DNA of 64,000 bases from Lytechinus pictus (lineage: Eukaryota): NCBI RefSeq assembly GCF_037042905.1, contig NC_087251.1, forward strand, positions 33,482,001 through 33,546,000, in the 5' to 3' direction. Under the pieces are notes generated by a model. The model saw only the letters and a program-made list of their open reading frames with translations. It was not told the origin of the DNA and did not search any database. Within the stretch, counting starts at the first letter, position 1. Every line of letters starts with the position of its first letter. The translations under genes and the position numbers were made by a program. Below, in pieces: positions 61,870 through 64,000 of this stretch.

Positions 61870-64000
61870 TGTTGCCAATTGAGGATGCCACGAAGATCAC
61901 AGATCCTCCGCAAACCAGGAAGAGGGGAAAGGAACGCACGCACACACACAATAGAGGGCTCAGGAGTATATGTCTCGGAAGCAAAGACGAATATTGCTAG
62001 TGACATTATATCTTCCTGTGGGTTGGGCACTACTCAAATTGGCAAAGCAATGGCTTCTGCTCACTCCTCTTCTTCTCTACTATTCACCTAAATTGACTTT
62101 TATTTTTTTCAAAAATGCAGGACTTTACCCCCTTCTTTTTGCTGAATAATTTTTGCTCAGTCAGGCAGAATTCAAGCAAATTTTGGGATATGAATAATAT
62201 ATGAAATAAGCAGCAAACTTGTAGATTCAAAAGATAGGGGGGGGGAATGATGAAATTCATAATGCTCACTTCACTGTACTATGATAAATCAAGAAATGTT
62301 TTCTGCAAGTTGAAGAAATGGATGGGTAGACATGCTCATAGTGGTGGGATTAATTTGGGGTTGTTGTTGTTTTGTTTTTAGTCAATACTTGCTCCCCATC
62401 TGGTTCTCTTGATGAAGTCAGTCTTTTCAATAGGTAATCAGCTATTTTCTCAAGAAAAGCCATAAAAATAAGGGCATTTCATCTATCAAAAATGACAGTG
62501 AATAATGTAACTTAAAGTTGACATTTCATCATGTGAAATTGCACAACAACCAAACTAAACTTTCTGGGTTTTTTTTAACTTGCGATAATTTTCATATTTT
62601 CAGCACTTTGAGATATTTCTGAGTATATCAATGATTTTGCAGAGGGGGGAGGGGGAGGGGGAGGGGAGGTGCTTAAGGCTTATTGTATTGTATATCAGGG
62701 ATCTAGACCTATGCTTTTCTCTAGATGAAAGGCAACAACCAATTCAGTAGTGTACAAATTTGAAGTTCAAGCCTGCATGATTCAAGAATGATGATTATTA
62801 AAAGTAAGAATCGCTAATTGAGGGATTTTGGTAGAGTGCGAGTCACGTTGCAAATTCTCATTAGCCACTACCATGACTACATGGTGGATTTATACTCAAG
62901 GAGAAAAATAGTTTCCCGCTTCTAATTATCTGGAAAAAAAAATAATGGGAGTCATATTCCTTTGAATTTTTATATAACAACTTACCCAGTGAAGAGGTCG
63001 TCGTTTTCCACCACTTTCTTCCAAAAAACCTCCATGTTTGTTTGCTTTTGTGTCTCAGTCTATCCACTGAGCTGATGTGGAACACAGTTACCCACAAAAC
63101 AAATAGGAGCGCCAAGTAGATAATGGAGATAAATGCAGTATCATGTGAAAAAAATAAAACCTAGGCTATGATTTGTCTTACAAGTCCAGAAAAGCGGATG
63201 GTAATGGTGGGGTGTTTACAGCTACAGCTGATTGGTCTAAGGAACACTGATTGTATTGGAGGACAAGAGAAAGTATCCAGCTTATGATGCATGCAGTCCT
63301 CGTGCCGTGGAGTCCGTCTTGAATATAGAGGTATGCCACTGTTGATTGAAGGTTTATATTGGGAGGAGCTGGTGATGAGGAATGGATGAAAATAAGAGTG
63401 AACGTCCTCCTGGAGTAGGTAGCAACTGCTTCTATCTATTTACAATCCATGTGCTATACATGCAGAGAATCACGTCTAGACCTTCACTATCGAAGCTAAG
63501 CCTGCTAAGCTGACTGACTGTATACTGGCTGGCTAGATGTGTTTCTTGCAAGGGTCCCACTCAACGTTATGAGAAGCCAAACAAGACCCCGTAACGGTGA
63601 CACACAGGCAAGGAGCGCTCGCTCCGTTCACCACGACGCTTTGCTTATTTATTGCTCTCGCCTATAGCCTCCAGCAAAGTACAAAGGCAGAACAGAGGCT
63701 GACTGGCTGAGCAGGCAGGCAGGGAGGCAGGCTGGCTGGCTGGCTGGTTGGATGCTGGGGCTACTATTAATGGGGACTCAGCAAAGAATGCATGCTTTAT
63801 CTGATCTTATCCACAATTCCTTCTTGCAGCACTTCAACCTAGAATCAAGAAATGGAAGATTTTCTTCTGGTTGTCTCTGTATCCAATTCTTTTCCTTAAC
63901 CCTCCCAATAAAAAACAATAACACCAGAGTGGTGTGCACATGCACTGTCCGACCGGTCGCAATTGGGACGATTGTAATCAGCTCAGCCAGGGCAGAGAGA

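Noticed and set aside
1..64000. Autonomous transposase or reverse transcriptase genes
   Set aside because: No ORF in the track has DDE, RT or endonuclease motifs, and the longest is 155 aa.

Overview
This is AT-rich, intron-dominated eukaryotic (animal) genomic DNA, not prokaryotic: there are no operons, CRISPR arrays or long ORFs. The repeat types suggest a marine invertebrate deuterostome, probably a sea urchin (inference from recalled repeat sequences, not checked). The only convincing coding feature is one spliced minus-strand exon (15665-15909) encoding a complete nuclear-receptor DNA-binding domain. It is NR1H/FXR-LXR-EcR-like but has an atypical recognition helix, CESCKSFFGR. I could not find a ligand-binding-domain exon in the window. 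Several candidate extra minus-strand exons exist, including a 24-nt microexon and two exons that would truncate the protein after the DBD. The rest consists of more than a dozen non-autonomous DNA transposons (Harbinger-like, TTAA/Kolobok-like, CACWG-ended), SINE/LINE tails, tandem repeats and microsatellites, GC-richer putative enhancer islands, and a composite foldback structure at about 45.0-46.6 kb. Nearly all listed ORFs look spurious. I found no firmly supportable novel multi-gene system. The best leads are the divergent receptor, its possible isoforms and response elements, and the foldback element.
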